The notes: generated from the sequence alone by a model not told the origin. A DNA stretch of 64,000 nucleotides from Sulfolobales archaeon (GCA_025058345.1 JANXEN010000001.1:8481-72480); one strand, 5' to 3'; shown: positions 36,787 to 47,278, numbered from the stretch's first letter. A program made the numbers and translations.

Positions 36787-38157
36787 TTACCTTTTAGCAG
36801 GATGTATATAATCTTTCGGAGCCTTACTATAGACCTCTAAATACTTACGCAGCGCCTTCGGAATCTCAACCACACCATCTGGTTTTTGATGGTTCTCAAG
36901 AACCGCAGTTATTGTTCTAGTGCTTGCTATAGCTGTAGAATTCAAAGTGTGGAGGTAATCTCTAACAGTACCCTTACGTCTTAAGTACCTGATCTTAAGC
37001 CTATATGCCTGCCAGTCAGTGCAGTTACTGCAGCTGACTAACTCCCTAAACCTACCTTGGGCAGGGTACCAAACCTCTAGGTCGTATTTTTTAGCTGCTG
37101 GAGATCCCAACTCCCCTGAAACGACGTTAACTAATCTATAGGGCAGTTCTAAATTCCGGTATAGTTCCTCAGCATTAGAGATAAGTGATTCGAAAACATC
37201 CCAGCTTTGCTCCGGCATCGTGTAGGCGAATTGTTCAACTTTATGGAATTGATGGACCCTGAAAATACCCTTAATATCTCTACTGCCGGCCCCTGCCTCC
37301 CTCCTAAAGCATGGGCTTACACCGACGTAGAGTAGAGGTAAGTCCTCCTCCGGTATTTCGTCTCCGGCGTGTAGGGCAGCTAACGAATGTTCCGCAGTAG
37401 CTATTAAGTATAGGTCGTCACCCTCAACCTTATAGATAGCGTCTTTAAATGTAGCAAGGTCTACAACCCCCGCCATATATTGTTGTCTAAGCATATATGG
37501 AGGGAGGACCAACTTAAAACCCTTACTAGTTAGGTAATCAATAGCGTAAGTCAGTAACGCGATGTCGAGCCAGACGATATCGTCAAATAGGTAATAAAAC
37601 CTTGATGAAGAAACTTCAGCAGCTTTTAAAGTATCCCCTAACTTAAGCACGTACTCCAACATATCAGCATGCCCTATAGGCCTCCAATCAATAACCTCAT
37701 AATCCATATTAACACCTTTCCCTGCAGTATTCCTCAAAAACTCATCCAGAAATTCGCTGTAGACCTTAGCCCTACCCCAAGCCCTTATTGGGATGTTGTA
37801 ACTGTCGTCAGAACCTACAGGCACTGATGGGTGTACAATATTAGGCATTGAAGTAAGCAGATCATCTCTAACCCTCTCAATCTCATCTAACTTCTTCTCA
37901 AGTACCTCAATGGTTTTTAGAAGTTCTTTAGCCTCACTAATCAGCACCCTACGTTCCTCATCGCTTACCTTAGCTATTTGCTGACTTATCTGATTATGTT
38001 TATGCCTTAAATTGTTGACCTCAGTTAAAACCTTCCTCCACTCAACATCGTACTTTATAGCGTTATCAACTAGAGACTCATCCATGAATCTCTTCCTCAA
38101 CGAGTTCCGGAGTACCTCAGGGTCCTTCCTTAAGTACTCCAGTATACTCCAAGGCAT
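36787..38157 (-). CDS. serS: Seryl-tRNA synthetase
   Basis: N-terminal coiled-coil arm and a class II core ('FRREAG', 'RVHQFHKVEQF', 'LNSTAIA'). Confidence 0.9.
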   Translation of the reverse strand: MPWSILEYLRKDPEVLRNSLRKRFMDESLVDNAIKYDVEWRKVLTEVNNLRHKHNQISQQIAKVSDEERRVLISEAKELLKTIEVLEKKLDEIERVRDDLLTSMPNIVHPSVPVGSDDSYNIPIRAWGRAKVYSEFLDEFLRNTAGKGVNMDYEVIDWRPIGHADMLEYVLKLGDTLKAAEVSSSRFYYLFDDIVWLDIALLTYAIDYLTSKGFKLVLPPYMLRQQYMAGVVDLATFKDAIYKVEGDDLYLIATAEHSLAALHAGDEIPEEDLPLLYVGVSPCFRREAGAGSRDIKGIFRVHQFHKVEQFAYTMPEQSWDVFESLISNAEELYRNLELPYRLVNVVSGELGSPAAKKYDLEVWYPAQGRFRELVSCSNCTDWQAYRLKIRYLRRKGTVRDYLHTLNSTAIASTRTITAVLENHQKPDGVVEIPKALRKYLEVYSKAPKDYIHPAKR

Positions 38158-38236
38158 CTAATCCCCACCACATTATCACATTCAATGAAATAAATAAACT
38201 TAGCTTAGATGCACTGTCTTAACGAGGAAATAGGGA

Positions 38237-41041
38237 TCAATCCCAAAACCTCCTAGTAGATATGTATTTCCTCTCCAACTCATATACCATGTTGTAGAAA
38301 TCCTCCTCAGACTTGAGGGATAGGGGCTTTTTAGCAGTTTCAGGACCTATCCCGTAGGCAACTAATGCTATGACCGCCCTCTTACCATAATTTAAAACTA
38401 GGTACGCTGACTCCTTTAATCTCATGAAAGCCTCCTTCTCATCATCTTTTAAGACGAACTTGTAGTTCTTACCTACCTTCAATCCTTTCTGAACTAACTT
38501 AACTACATCGTCACTCAAGTCCCTGCTAACACCTACATACCTAACACCGCATTTAGGACATACAACTTCATCAGGTAGTTCCTTAACCGTACTGAGATAA
38601 CTATAGCCACACATCATGCATATTAACCTAACCTTCTTACCCAGTAATCTCCTCTTAACCATCTCAGCTATGACGTTCCTTGGTATGTACTTAACTAAAA
38701 CCCTCCCACTAAATCCAGGCGTTTTAAGTCCTTCAAGAGCCAGTGGCGACAGTTCAGTAACTTCGATGAATTTAACTACAGCCTTACCTTCATTGACCCT
38801 CTCAACAAGTTTTTTAATGACTGCAAAGTCAACATATCTACATGAGAGTTCGTTAAGAACTTCCTTAACAATCAACTCATTACCTTCGAACTTCCGAGCA
38901 AGTACGTTAATAATGTTTAATGGAGCTTTTTCAGGAATCACCCCCATACGTTTAAGCACATTTACCAATACATGCTTAAACATTGAAGACTTCCTTAAAG
39001 CATCTCTAAAGTCGTTTTCAAGGCTGGAACTCAGTATAGCTGACTTAACGATAGATTCAACATCACTTAAATTTACATATACCGGTAGCTGGAGGACCAC
39101 CCTATATGGGTCGGATTTAATTAATGGATTTAAACCTAGGTATTTACTGAAGTAATAGCCGAGTAGGTGGCTTAAGCCTCTATTACCCCTACTTCCTAAA
39201 CATACGTGGACAACTATAAATGATGGTGAAGATCTTTTAACCTCGACGAGCAATAGATTTTCAGAAGGTAATGGATACCCTCTACTAACATGCTTCGATA
39301 TAACTTCCCTCAAGTACGTTAAGGAGCCCTCGGAAATTAAATCAACGTAATGCTTAGGTAAGTAGTTAAGAGCTAAAAGCTTCCTCAACGAGCATGCTTC
39401 CCTAGCAACTTTATAATCAACAGGTATTGTTTCACCAACCCATGAGGGGATTAAATACTCCTTACTACTTGCCTCCTCCACGTAAACCTTCATATCCTCT
39501 TCATCAACGCTAATGACATGCCATAACCTACCACCTAGGACTAACGAAGAGCCTTCGCTAATCTCTAACGCTACGAACTCCTCATCCAGATGACCTATCG
39601 AGGTCATACTTAGTAAGTCAACGACCGAGTAATGTGGGGAGTCAACGATCATCGTAGTGGTTAGGTAGTAAATTCTTCCTCTACCGGTGGGTTTGATTGT
39701 GAGGCCATCAAACTTAATTAGATGAAGCTCTGAAATTAATTCCAAAACCTTAGCGAATTCTTCAAAGGTTAAATCCTTAAAAACGTATGACTTCCTAAGA
39801 ACTTCGTAGGCTGCTTTCGCATCCATACTACCCTCCTGAAGAAGTAAGCCGACTACTTGATGTGTGAGTACGTCGAGAGACCCCTCATGGATGGAAAACC
39901 CTTCTAACTCGTTACTCAAAGCTCTACGTATAATCACTAACGACTCTAAAATATCGTCTACTGACATATCAGCTACTACGTAGCCCTTAGCCCTAAGCCC
40001 TACCTTATGCATACTTCTACCAACCCTTTGAACGAGTTTAACCACCTGCCTAGGAGATGATGACTGGATAACAGCATCTACTCCACCTACATCGATACCT
40101 AATTCAAGGCTTGATGTTGAAACAACACCTTTGATTTCTCCCCTCTTCAGCTTCTCCTCAACAACCTCTCTTTCATCCTTCGATAAACTGCCATGATGTA
40201 CGTATATGTTTACCCCTAACTCCTTTAACTTTAGCCCTAGTAGTTCGGCCTCATCGCGGGTATTAGTGAATACTATCACTTGGCCATGGCTTTTTATTAG
40301 ATCCTTAATTAGTTCTATCCTATCTATCAACTTACCGGAACTGTATGGAGTAAGTAATTCAATGTCCATATCTCTATTGCTAAGTATTACTACCTCACTT
40401 ACTGGTCTACCATAAGAGAGGAACTTCTTAGCTAGTGACACATTACCTATACTTGCAGATATACCAATCCTTTGAACTTTATTAGATATTAACTCAAACC
40501 TACTGAGAGATGCTATTAGTTCAGCTCCTCTCTTACTGCTAACTAACTCATGAAGCTCATCTATAATAAGGTACTTAGTGTTAGCAAGGTAATCCCTTAA
40601 CTGAGCACTTATGAGGAGGTATTGAAATGTCTCTGGGGTCGTTATTAATATGTGAGGAGGATTTCTCTCTATAGATTTCCTCAACCTCTGCGGCGTATCG
40701 CCATGACGGACCTGCACGCTTATACCTAAGTCAGAGCATATACCAACTAATCTCTTCATTAAATCCCTGTTTAAAGCCCTCAAGGGGGTAATATAGATCA
40801 GGCTTATCGGTTTATGCTCATGTGGCTTGCTTAAAAATTTAGAAATCAGCGGGAATAAAGCAGCTTCAGTCTTACCACTGCCTGTAGGGGCAACTATTAA
40901 TACATCACGTCCGGTGAGGACTGCAGGTATGGACCTCCTCTGAACTTCTGTTAAGTCGTTGTAGCCGTACTTAGGCATAACTTTAGTTAAGCTTGTATGG
41001 AGCATATGTAGTGTTCCTTCAGCATTACTCACTTCATTCAC
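38237..41041 (-). CDS. lhr: Lhr-type DEAH-box (superfamily 2) helicase with C-terminal zinc ribbon
   Basis: 'APTGSGKTEAA', 'IIDELHEL', 'SSLELGIDVG' and 'QRVGRS', followed by a long Lhr-like C-terminal extension ending in 'CMMCG...CPKCG'. Confidence 0.8.
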   Translation of the reverse strand: MNEVSNAEGTLHMLHTSLTKVMPKYGYNDLTEVQRRSIPAVLTGRDVLIVAPTGSGKTEAALFPLISKFLSKPHEHKPISLIYITPLRALNRDLMKRLVGICSDLGISVQVRHGDTPQRLRKSIERNPPHILITTPETFQYLLISAQLRDYLANTKYLIIDELHELVSSKRGAELIASLSRFELISNKVQRIGISASIGNVSLAKKFLSYGRPVSEVVILSNRDMDIELLTPYSSGKLIDRIELIKDLIKSHGQVIVFTNTRDEAELLGLKLKELGVNIYVHHGSLSKDEREVVEEKLKRGEIKGVVSTSSLELGIDVGGVDAVIQSSSPRQVVKLVQRVGRSMHKVGLRAKGYVVADMSVDDILESLVIIRRALSNELEGFSIHEGSLDVLTHQVVGLLLQEGSMDAKAAYEVLRKSYVFKDLTFEEFAKVLELISELHLIKFDGLTIKPTGRGRIYYLTTTMIVDSPHYSVVDLLSMTSIGHLDEEFVALEISEGSSLVLGGRLWHVISVDEEDMKVYVEEASSKEYLIPSWVGETIPVDYKVAREACSLRKLLALNYLPKHYVDLISEGSLTYLREVISKHVSRGYPLPSENLLLVEVKRSSPSFIVVHVCLGSRGNRGLSHLLGYYFSKYLGLNPLIKSDPYRVVLQLPVYVNLSDVESIVKSAILSSSLENDFRDALRKSSMFKHVLVNVLKRMGVIPEKAPLNIINVLARKFEGNELIVKEVLNELSCRYVDFAVIKKLVERVNEGKAVVKFIEVTELSPLALEGLKTPGFSGRVLVKYIPRNVIAEMVKRRLLGKKVRLICMMCGYSYLSTVKELPDEVVCPKCGVRYVGVSRDLSDDVVKLVQKGLKVGKNYKFVLKDDEKEAFMRLKESAYLVLNYGKRAVIALVAYGIGPETAKKPLSLKSEEDFYNMVYELERKYISTRRFWD

Positions 41042-41086
41042 ATCTTAAATAAAGCAACAAAAAACTTATACGTTTGACTTAAAGAT

Positions 41087-42799
41087 ATGTTTAGAATGGA
41101 TACATCTAAATTTAGTAAGTTGTTGATCGCAGTAATTCTATTTACGCTAAATACAACACTAAGCGAGTTATTGATCTCCCCAAAATCGCTGATGACCTTA
41201 ATGGCTACAGTTAACATATCATACGTTCTTACCTTTACGGCAGGCATTTCTGTAGGTCTTTTTGGGGACTTATCAGCAGCTATTGCGGAAGTATTTGCTT
41301 TATCATCTATATATATGTTAGGTTTAGGCATTAACCTAGACTTCTCGTTCGTTACACATCTATTAATTCCTTACTTTACAGGCCTTGCTTTAGGGTCATC
41401 ATTCTTTAGGAAGTCCTATATCAAGCTACCTAAGGTAGTTGTAGGGAAGGATACCTTAATAGATTTCTTCATGATATTGGGTTCCTCTCTAATAGCTCTA
41501 TACTTTATTTCAGACTTACCTACCATTAATAGATCGCTTTTTTACATTACTACGTCCGTAGGTCCGAAACTTTACTTAATTTTACTTGGTCTGGTATGTA
41601 ATTCCTTCATACTTTCGATATCGATGAAATTTAATCTCAACTCACTTGAGTCAGCCCTCAGATACTTATTAATGATTCTCGTAGCTTCGCTTTCTTGGCT
41701 GACTTTACCTGTAATAGTTTTAATTAACTCCAACTACTTAATCCCAGCTGGTAATTTCCTCATACTCGGAAAGATCGTTATGAAGGTTGGTGAGGGATTT
41801 AAACCTAGATATCCATCTAAGGGTTATGTTAAGGTCCCCATCGACCGAGCTGATAATAAACATATGGTGATAGTAGGTATGAGTGGTAGCGGTAAGTCCT
41901 ACCTGGCAATGAAGCTAATTAAACAATTAGCTGGTAAATTCCCGATATTAGTTATAGACCCTCATGGTGAGTACACTAACTTAGCTAGAGAGTTGAAAGG
42001 TAGGGTTTTAACCCCTAGTGAAGGTCCCGTCAATCCACTGGAAACTCTCGGTAAGCCCAAGAGCGTAAGAGCTGAGGAAGTAAGTGATATGGTTAGGAGG
42101 ATATTCAAACTAGGTAACGTTCAGAAATACTCGTTATATACACTAATACTAAATACTTACGAAAGATTAAGCGGTGGTCAAACACCTACGTTTAACGACG
42201 TCTATGAAACCCTAATTAATTACTTAGACGGTGGCCAAGATAGTAAGGACGTATATCTAAGTAAGGAAGTCCTCAACACTTTAATTCCTTACCTCAACCT
42301 CTTAAGAGGTCCTTACCTATTATCTACTTCATTAAGCGTTGAGGACTTGATGAATGACCTAACAGTTATTGACTTAAGCGTTGTTGAAAGTGATTACGTT
42401 GTAGGGATCTATGTAGAGAGCCTCCTCCACTTAATAGAGACTTATGTAAAGACCTTTAGTAGGCCGTTGTTCATGGTGGTTGATGAGGCCCATAGGTTCA
42501 TGGGTGGGAGGGTTGCACCACTCTTAAGTAAATTAGTGATAGAGGGGCGGAAATTCGGGTTAGGACTAATAATCATAACCCAGCAACCACTTGACTTAGA
42601 GGCTAGCATTATAGCTAATTCTGCATACGTAGTTTCATTCGCAATTCAAGAACCTAATAACTTAAACTACATCTCAAAGTTGTTATGCGGTAGTTACGTT
42701 AGATATGAAGTAGTTAGGGATCTGTTGATGAATCTTAAGAAACATGAGGCGTTAATAAAAATAAGAGATGAAGGTAGTTTATATATCATTAAAGCTTAA
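41087..42799 (+). CDS. Membrane-anchored HerA/FtsK-class (DUF87-like) P-loop ATPase
   Basis: The first ~230 aa are strongly hydrophobic (I count about 6-7 candidate TM segments). Then come Walker A 'VGMSGSGKSY', 'VIDPHGEY', Walker B 'FMVVDEAHRF' and 'IIITQQP'. Confidence 0.6.
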   Translation: MFRMDTSKFSKLLIAVILFTLNTTLSELLISPKSLMTLMATVNISYVLTFTAGISVGLFGDLSAAIAEVFALSSIYMLGLGINLDFSFVTHLLIPYFTGLALGSSFFRKSYIKLPKVVVGKDTLIDFFMILGSSLIALYFISDLPTINRSLFYITTSVGPKLYLILLGLVCNSFILSISMKFNLNSLESALRYLLMILVASLSWLTLPVIVLINSNYLIPAGNFLILGKIVMKVGEGFKPRYPSKGYVKVPIDRADNKHMVIVGMSGSGKSYLAMKLIKQLAGKFPILVIDPHGEYTNLARELKGRVLTPSEGPVNPLETLGKPKSVRAEEVSDMVRRIFKLGNVQKYSLYTLILNTYERLSGGQTPTFNDVYETLINYLDGGQDSKDVYLSKEVLNTLIPYLNLLRGPYLLSTSLSVEDLMNDLTVIDLSVVESDYVVGIYVESLLHLIETYVKTFSRPLFMVVDEAHRFMGGRVAPLLSKLVIEGRKFGLGLIIITQQPLDLEASIIANSAYVVSFAIQEPNNLNYISKLLCGSYVRYEVVRDLLMNLKKHEALIKIRDEGSLYIIKA

Positions 42800-42820
42800 A
42801 TGTATATAGGAACTTTATGA

Positions 42821-43126
42821 GTGAGGGTTTATCAGTTGAGTGAGGAGGAAGAGATTCCAGTTGAGGAGGTTTCAGAGGAAAAAAGTGAGGCGATTGAGGA
42901 AGAGGGGGAGGAGGTTTTAAAGGGTTTTACTATAGAGGGCCTAGAGGTAATGCTGTCGAAGGTTGAAGAAATAGAGAGGTTAATTAAGGGTATTCAAGCG
43001 GTTGGTGAGGAAAAGCATGTAGAGAAAGCTACCAAGAAGGAAGTAATTAAGAAAGAGGGGACTGCTGCGAAAGCTAAGCGTTCTAGGGGAGAAAGGAAGA
43101 AGGCTAAACAAGTTAAGAGTGAGTAA
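42821..43126 (+). CDS. Hypothetical Glu/Lys-rich protein
   Basis: 101-aa ORF with a GTG start, 21 nt after the HerA-like gene. The N-terminal half is extremely acidic and the C-terminal tail is basic. Low complexity makes coding status uncertain. Confidence 0.35.
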   Translation: MRVYQLSEEEEIPVEEVSEEKSEAIEEEGEEVLKGFTIEGLEVMLSKVEEIERLIKGIQAVGEEKHVEKATKKEVIKKEGTAAKAKRSRGERKKAKQVKSE

Positions 43127-43146
43127 CGCATTTAACTTACGTATCC

Positions 43147-43524
43147 TCACTCGTAAGTGACTTCAAAATCTATTCCTAAATCCTTCAAGATATTCGATAT
43201 TAACTCCAGTCCAACTCTTTTATCGAAAATTAACTGCACGTAGCTTACGTTACCTATCTTAAAGAGCTTAATCTTATCTACTACCACCAAACCCTTAATT
43301 AAGTCCCCCTCATCTTTCTTAGGTGATATGAAGTCCTTAAACTTCCTCCTCATCATATCGTAGAAGGAGTTGAAATTACTTAATATTCTTAATGCATCAT
43401 TAACGTCTGAGGTATCCCTTCCATAAACGTCCTTTAAATGTGTGAGTACTTTAGCCACATCTCCGCAGTGGCCTTCAATGTAGGTGTATCCAGTAAATCC
43501 CCTTACTAACTTAACTTTAGACAT
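43147..43524 (-). CDS. Hypothetical protein
   Basis: 125-aa ORF with globular-looking composition. No family recognised. Confidence 0.45.
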   Translation of the reverse strand: MSKVKLVRGFTGYTYIEGHCGDVAKVLTHLKDVYGRDTSDVNDALRILSNFNSFYDMMRRKFKDFISPKKDEGDLIKGLVVVDKIKLFKIGNVSYVQLIFDKRVGLELISNILKDLGIDFEVTYE

Positions 43525-43606
43525 CTAGATTTGCCTAACTAAGTTAGGGCTTAAGATATAATAAGTATTAAATTATTCGCTATGCTTAGTAACTATTGGG
43601 AGTTTC

Positions 43607-44359
43607 ATGTTTAGGATTAAGTACCCTGTAGGGGCTAGAATTAAGGGGATTTTCCAAGGATGTTTAAAACCGATTGATGAAGTACCTATGAGTGTAGATT
43701 CTGAGAGGTTTTTAATTCGTGCTTTAAGCCCTGATAAGAACTTACTCGTTGAGGTGTCGATACCGCAGTCAGCATTTGAGTCATTCGACGTAAGTAGGAA
43801 GACCACGTTAGCGGTTGATAAGGTACAACTTTTAAGAAGTTTAAGGAGGGTTTCTAAGAAAGATACTATATTAATGGAGTTTGAAGAAGTTAATAGGACG
43901 TTTAAGTTAGTGCTAATCAATGCGAAGACAGGGATTGAGAGAAATTATTTAATAGATGTGAGGGAAGTAGGTACTGAGTTAGTAGGTTCTATAAATATAG
44001 ACTTACCGGTAAGATTTCAAATACCGTCGGAGGACTTCAGGAAAATAGTATCTGACGCGAAATTAGTTAATGAGGACTTAGAACTAACATATGAAGATGA
44101 TCGGGTAATCGCATCAAGTACATCTGAAAACAGGATGTTTAGGCAGACCCTCGCCTTAGATAGACCTCTATACTCCTTAGAAGCGAAGGAATCTAAAGTG
44201 GCAAGCAAGTACGACCTGGACATACTTAAGACCTTAGTTAACTCTTTAACGTTGGCTGACGTCACTACGGTAGAATTCGGTCCGTCACTACCTATTAAAA
44301 TTTCGGTTGAGGTAGGGGATGGTTCAAAGGTAACTTACTGGGTTGCTTCTAAGGTCTAA
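43607..44359 (+). CDS. pcn: DNA polymerase sliding clamp (PCNA)
   Basis: 250 aa with the two-domain PCNA pattern ('FRIKY..A..IKGIF', 'DSERFLIRALSPDKNLLVEVSIP'). Confidence 0.85.
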   Translation: MFRIKYPVGARIKGIFQGCLKPIDEVPMSVDSERFLIRALSPDKNLLVEVSIPQSAFESFDVSRKTTLAVDKVQLLRSLRRVSKKDTILMEFEEVNRTFKLVLINAKTGIERNYLIDVREVGTELVGSINIDLPVRFQIPSEDFRKIVSDAKLVNEDLELTYEDDRVIASSTSENRMFRQTLALDRPLYSLEAKESKVASKYDLDILKTLVNSLTLADVTTVEFGPSLPIKISVEVGDGSKVTYWVASKV

Positions 44360-44582
44360 CCAATTTAAGAACGAATTTCTTAGAGGGTGTAGCTAACTCC
44401 TTACTTATTAATCTCTCCCTTATTAACTCAGCTATGAGAGTTCTTAGTTCTACAGGTCCTACCGAAATGTTTAGAGATTCTAACCGTTCCTTAATTTCAA
44501 CGAAGTTCTTAAGTTCTTGCTGCGATAAGAGCTCAATTACTAGTTCCTTAATTTTTGAATTTCCTAGACTCATTATCAACAA
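44349..44582 (-). CDS. Small hypothetical protein (winged-helix-like?)
   Basis: 77-aa ORF that overlaps the 3' end of the aminotransferase gene by 35 nt. The start is more likely the internal ATG ('MSLGNSK'). Weak support. Confidence 0.3.
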   Translation of the reverse strand: MLIMSLGNSKIKELVIELLSQQELKNFVEIKERLESLNISVGPVELRTLIAELIRERLISKELATPSKKFVLKLVRP

Positions 44583-45939
44583 CCCTAATTACATCTTCTA
44601 AGATGTCTAACCCTCTATGAGCTAGTTCTTCAGATATGGTGAGCGGTGGTGCAATTCTAATGACTGAGTAGCCAGCGCCTATGATAGCTAACCCCCTCTT
44701 AAATGATTCAAGCAAGACCTTACTTAATTCCTTATCCGCGTACTTCTTCGTTCTCTTATCCCTAACCAACTCTATACCGATCATTAAACCCTTACCGCGA
44801 ACATGCCCTACAATTTCATACATATCAACCCACTCTAGAGCCCTCTTCATGATGGATTCCCCAACACTTAACGCATTATATAGTAAACCCTCATCGATTA
44901 TTGCCCTTATCACCGCTCTACTTGCTGCTAACGCTACTGGATTACCGCCGAATGTTGATGCATGCGTTCCCTTCGGCAGTGACATCACTTCAGCTCTACC
45001 TACTACCGCCCCTAGAGGGAGGCCTGATGCTAACGCTTTAGATGAAACTAGGACATCTGGCTTCACACCCCAATGCTCAGCAGCGAACCACTTACCAGTT
45101 CTGCCCATCCCTGATTGAACTTCATCAAAAACTAGTAATATTCCGTAATCACTACATAGTTTCCTCAACTTAGGCAGGAAGTTATCTGGTGGTACGACAT
45201 AGCCACCCTCACCTAAAATCGGCTCTATAAATATGCCAGCCACATCCTCTCCGTCAACTAACCTCCTAAAAATGTAGTCTTCTATGTAGGATATAACGGC
45301 ATCTCCGCATTCATCTCCATCAACGTTTAATGGACATCTATAGGGGTCTGGGTAGGGTACATTAACTACCCCCGGAAGCAATGGTTGGAAATACTTCTTG
45401 TGGATAGGTTTGCTACCTGAGAGTGATAAACTCCCTAAAGTCCTCCCATGGAATGATCCGATGAAAGTCATTACATACTGTCTAGAATTCTTGAAATACC
45501 CTTTAACCACCTTTAAAGCTCCTTCAATACCTTCCGTACCGCTGTTACAGTAGAAGACCTTCTTCATACCTTCGATCGGTACTATCTCTAAGAATTCCTT
45601 AGCATGCTCGACTGCCTCCTCATAAAGGAAGTCTGTTATTGAGTAATGGAGTAATTTATCTGCCTGTCCTTTAATCGCCTCCACAACTTTTGGATGATTA
45701 TGACCTACATTCATGACGCCAATCCCTGAGTTGAAGTCTATGTACAGGTTCCCATCTAGATCCATCACTATAGACCCGCAGCCGCTCTTGACTACTAACG
45801 GATACCACCTACTAAATGACTGCATTATTAATTCCTCATCATCCTTTACTACAGCTCTTGATTTAGGTCCGGGAGGTGGTACGACGATCTTAGGTGCGTC
45901 TTCGAAGCACTCCCTGTTGAAGCCCATCCTATTACCCAA
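44548..45939 (-). CDS. Class III pyridoxal-phosphate aminotransferase (GABA/acetylornithine aminotransferase-like)
   Basis: 'NSGTEGIEGALK', 'DEVQSGMGRTG' and 'SSKALASG' (PLP lysine region). Confidence 0.85.
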   Translation of the reverse strand: MGNRMGFNRECFEDAPKIVVPPPGPKSRAVVKDDEELIMQSFSRWYPLVVKSGCGSIVMDLDGNLYIDFNSGIGVMNVGHNHPKVVEAIKGQADKLLHYSITDFLYEEAVEHAKEFLEIVPIEGMKKVFYCNSGTEGIEGALKVVKGYFKNSRQYVMTFIGSFHGRTLGSLSLSGSKPIHKKYFQPLLPGVVNVPYPDPYRCPLNVDGDECGDAVISYIEDYIFRRLVDGEDVAGIFIEPILGEGGYVVPPDNFLPKLRKLCSDYGILLVFDEVQSGMGRTGKWFAAEHWGVKPDVLVSSKALASGLPLGAVVGRAEVMSLPKGTHASTFGGNPVALAASRAVIRAIIDEGLLYNALSVGESIMKRALEWVDMYEIVGHVRGKGLMIGIELVRDKRTKKYADKELSKVLLESFKRGLAIIGAGYSVIRIAPPLTISEELAHRGLDILEDVIRVVDNESRKFKN

Positions 45940-46021
45940 ATTACCACTTAATTAAGATTAAAATATTTTCGACTTACAAGAAAAACACTGATTTGGTAAA
46001 GCGTTAAAGCTGAGTAACGTC

Positions 46022-47278
46022 CTACTTATACGTAGCAGTAATTGTGGAAGCAATGCTTAATAGCTTAGAGTCGTTTCCGACACCACATATTATTTGAATA
46101 CCTACTGGCAGCCCACCCACACTTAAGGCAGGTATGGAAATAGCTGGAGCACCAATATAAGATGCATAGATAGTTTCATAGGTAAGTAAACTCCTTATAA
46201 TTCCATCCTCCCTACCTAAAACGTCATCAATTTTAGGAGCAGGTATGGGTACTGTGGGAGTAATAAGTGCGTCGACACTATTTAAGGCTTTATTTAATTC
46301 ATTCCTGACGTACTCCCTTCGACTCATAGCATCTATATAGTCAACTGCTCGGTACTCCAAACCTTTTTCGATTAACCTCCTAACATCAGCGCCGTATTCA
46401 CCCCACCTATCTCTATTCGCCATATGTATTGCAGTAGCTTCACTATACCTAATTATCGGAAAACACCTCCAAACGTACTTCTCGGCCTCTGGCATTACGA
46501 TTTCAACGTAATCGCATCCCAATTTAGCTACATAATTAAGGAACTTAGTCTCAACCTTATCTACTAGGTCTGGATATAAGGCCCTTAAATCGTTTGGGAC
46601 CTTAAACCAGTTTGGAATACCTAACCGTAGCCTCCTAACATCAAATTCACTTAAATCTAACTTGATGAAGTTCTTTAACGCTCTATTTATCCAGGCTAAG
46701 TCCTTAGCTAAGAATCCTATAGTGTCAAGCGAAGGTGCGAGCGGATAAACCCCTTCAGTATTGATCAAACCATATGTAGGTTTATAGCCGTACACGCCGC
46801 AAAGAGATGCCGGTACCCTAACGGACCCTGCAGTATCTGTTCCTAAGCCTATAGGTATTAGTGACGCTGCAACTGCTGCAGCGGAACCACCACTGCTGCC
46901 ACCTGCTATTCTAGCAGTATCTAATGGATTTTTAGTAGGGCCGAAAACGCTTGAAGTTGTTGTAGCTCCGGACGCAAATTCATGAGTGTTTGTTTTACCA
47001 ACTACTACCCATCCAGACTCCTTAAGAACTCTAACTACATAAGCATCATTTTCAGGTATGAAGTCCTTATATAGTTTAGAGCCCATAGTTGTACGTAAAC
47101 CTTTAGTGTATATTATGTCCTTAACACCTAGCGGCAACGGATCTAAGCCAAGCTTTAAAATCCGTTCTGCATCACTTAACGCCTCATCGTTATAAAGCAC
47201 GAATGCGTTTATGACTTCATTAACTTTCTTAGAAGCGTTGCTTAATGCATGTTCGATGAGCTTATAACCCTCCAACAA
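46022..47278 (-). CDS. Amidase-signature family enzyme (GatA-like)
   Basis: 'GGSSGGSAAAVA' amidase signature plus 'KDIIYTKGLRTT'. At 418 aa it is shorter than typical GatA. Confidence 0.8.
   Translation of the reverse strand: MLEGYKLIEHALSNASKKVNEVINAFVLYNDEALSDAERILKLGLDPLPLGVKDIIYTKGLRTTMGSKLYKDFIPENDAYVVRVLKESGWVVVGKTNTHEFASGATTTSSVFGPTKNPLDTARIAGGSSGGSAAAVAASLIPIGLGTDTAGSVRVPASLCGVYGYKPTYGLINTEGVYPLAPSLDTIGFLAKDLAWINRALKNFIKLDLSEFDVRRLRLGIPNWFKVPNDLRALYPDLVDKVETKFLNYVAKLGCDYVEIVMPEAEKYVWRCFPIIRYSEATAIHMANRDRWGEYGADVRRLIEKGLEYRAVDYIDAMSRREYVRNELNKALNSVDALITPTVPIPAPKIDDVLGREDGIIRSLLTYETIYASYIGAPAISIPALSVGGLPVGIQIICGVGNDSKLLSIASTITATYK

Noticed and set aside
38616-39155. Long antisense ORFs inside well-supported genes. 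Examples: 38616-39155, 32582-33049, 44681-45118, 12823-13197, 6251-6670, 3014-3430, 18485-18904, 43573-43920
   Set aside because: Each lies opposite a gene with clear family motifs. Each has the Ser/Leu/Thr-rich, low-complexity composition typical of shadow frames.
41038-41331. 97-aa minus-strand ORF overlapping the start of the HerA-like gene
   Set aside because: It overlaps the longer, motif-bearing + strand ORF, has odd composition, and would run into the Lhr start codon. It is treated as a shadow ORF.
42821-43126. Glu-rich ORF considered as a possible real partner protein versus a low-complexity artefact
   Set aside because: This is not fully rejected and is kept as a low-confidence CDS. 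The purine-rich GAG/GAA repeats can generate open frames by chance, so no function is claimed.
45940-46021. Two CTGA words 18 nt apart in the aminotransferase/amidase intergenic region
   Set aside because: No C or C' box is present upstream or between them.
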